64,000 bases of DNA. Origin: Ramazzottius varieornatus. Lineage: Eukaryota; Animalia; Tardigrada. The position numbers and the translations under genes were made by a program. Below are positions 62,925 to 64,000 of this stretch, one piece after another. How positions within the stretch are numbered: the first letter of the stretch is position 1; each line of letters opens with the position of its first letter. The notes beneath the pieces are model-generated. The model saw only the letters and a program-made list of their open reading frames with translations. It had not been told where the DNA came from and searched no databases. The DNA lies in NCBI GenBank assembly GCA_001949185.1, contig BDGG01000013.1, forward strand, positions 496,001 through 560,000, read 5' to 3'.

Positions 62925-64000
62925 TCAATGCTCAATGTCTTTGACAAAAACTGGTCGGCGCATGATCGTATTGCGTTGTAGATTGTGAACTTCGAAGACC
63001 TGCTTCAGTGTTTCTTTTGTGCCACTTAGCCAATAAGACGTATGACTTTTGTCACGGAAATTGATGCGTCCTCGCGGCTCTGTGACATATTCTGTCCTAT
63101 CCAGCAGATCTTTTGTGCTTTGCCCTATTGCGATGCCTCCATCTGCAAAGCAACGAAGTAATAAGCAGGAACACCACCACGTACCACTCACACCGTAGAG
63201 CCAGATAGCTGTGTACCTTCTCCCATGGAGCTCAACAGTCTTAGACTGAAAGGGACCAAATCACCGTAGACGAAAAACCGCGGTATGGCTGTATTCATCA
63301 CACCCCCTACTAGCGAGCCCGATCCAAGGGCTATCCTCCCCCGAACCCGGAAATCTGGCTTGTTGGACAGCACGAACTCCACCAAGGTTTGTTGTAGGTC
63401 CAGTGCGTACTTGGCGGCCTGACAAGCATGGTTTTCGTCTGACGGCGGTACTCCGGCCATTGCCTGCGGAAACATACCCGGTTTTCGTCGGTACAGTACG
63501 ATGGCTACCTGCAGACGACAACCCACGATTGTTGTCTCTTGAAACTGGGCCATTCTGGTCAGCGGAGACATGGCCACAGTATGGAGGACTGCGGCGAATA
63601 GGCCGTCCAGGCTTTGGATGACTTCGGTGGCGTTACTGAGGGTTTTCAGAACGCTGGGCGTCATTATGTCACTGGCGACTAGTGTCACTGATCTGTAAAG
63701 TTGCGGTTGGTAGTGCTCCGTTGAGGCGTTTCCTATCAGTCTCCTGAAAAAAAGAAATTCGTCGGTGTCGCTTTGCGCTTGTTACCGTATGGCCGCATCC
63801 GCACTGGACTCGGGCTTTCACTTCCGTATCTGCCCTACTGAAAATCGACTTTCTGCAGATTGCCAGTCTGATCCGGGCCTGAATACGGAAATACATTATG
63901 GAGCCTCGACTGTACCATGCAGATGCCAGCTCGTCAGTAGAAGCTACTGCACACATGATTAACGGCTGTTGAGTGATCAGTCCTGGAACAGGCCTCAAAT
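62925..64000 (-). CDS. 3' end of a degenerate adenylyl/guanylyl cyclase-domain protein (receptor guanylate cyclase-like)
   Basis: GRIALGSGSLVGGVMNTAIPRFFVYGDLV, EPRGRINFRDK..TSYWL, and VTLVASDI resemble the class III cyclase fold. Confidence 0.65.

Noticed and set aside
1-64000. tRNA, rRNA or snRNA genes
   Set aside because: None recognised by eye; a covariance-model search would be needed to exclude them.

Overview
Eukaryotic (animal) genomic DNA with compact GT-AG introns and roughly balanced GC. Gene content suggests a tardigrade, possibly Ramazzottius-like (inference: melatonin-receptor-like GPCR, degenerate receptor guanylate cyclase, astacin-LRR fusion). Genes in order: WAPL (-), DHX36 (+), a 12-19.5 kb accessory cluster, an astacin pseudoprotease, a trypsin-like protease, TSPO, casein kinase 1, an SDR, two GPCRs, two tandem rhomboids, a degenerate THAP/P-element-like remnant, a GH31 alpha-glucosidase and a degenerate cyclase. 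Two observations stand out. (1) The accessory cluster looks like a secreted cell-wall-attack/defence system. It holds a small spliced cystine-knot (ICK) peptide gene missed by the ORF track, and a gene fusing the same ICK module to a GH19 chitinase/lysozyme-like domain. That fusion is head-to-head with an intronless RlpA/expansin-like DPBB gene and next to a CBM14 mucin, with dead duplicates of the ICK and ICK-GH19 genes nearby. (2) At least 25 copies of a ~49-bp palindromic element, CAAGTGGCGCAC-N25-GTGCGCCACTTG, with near-invariant spacer length, lie in introns and intergenic DNA. Exon boundaries were read by eye and may be off by a few bases.
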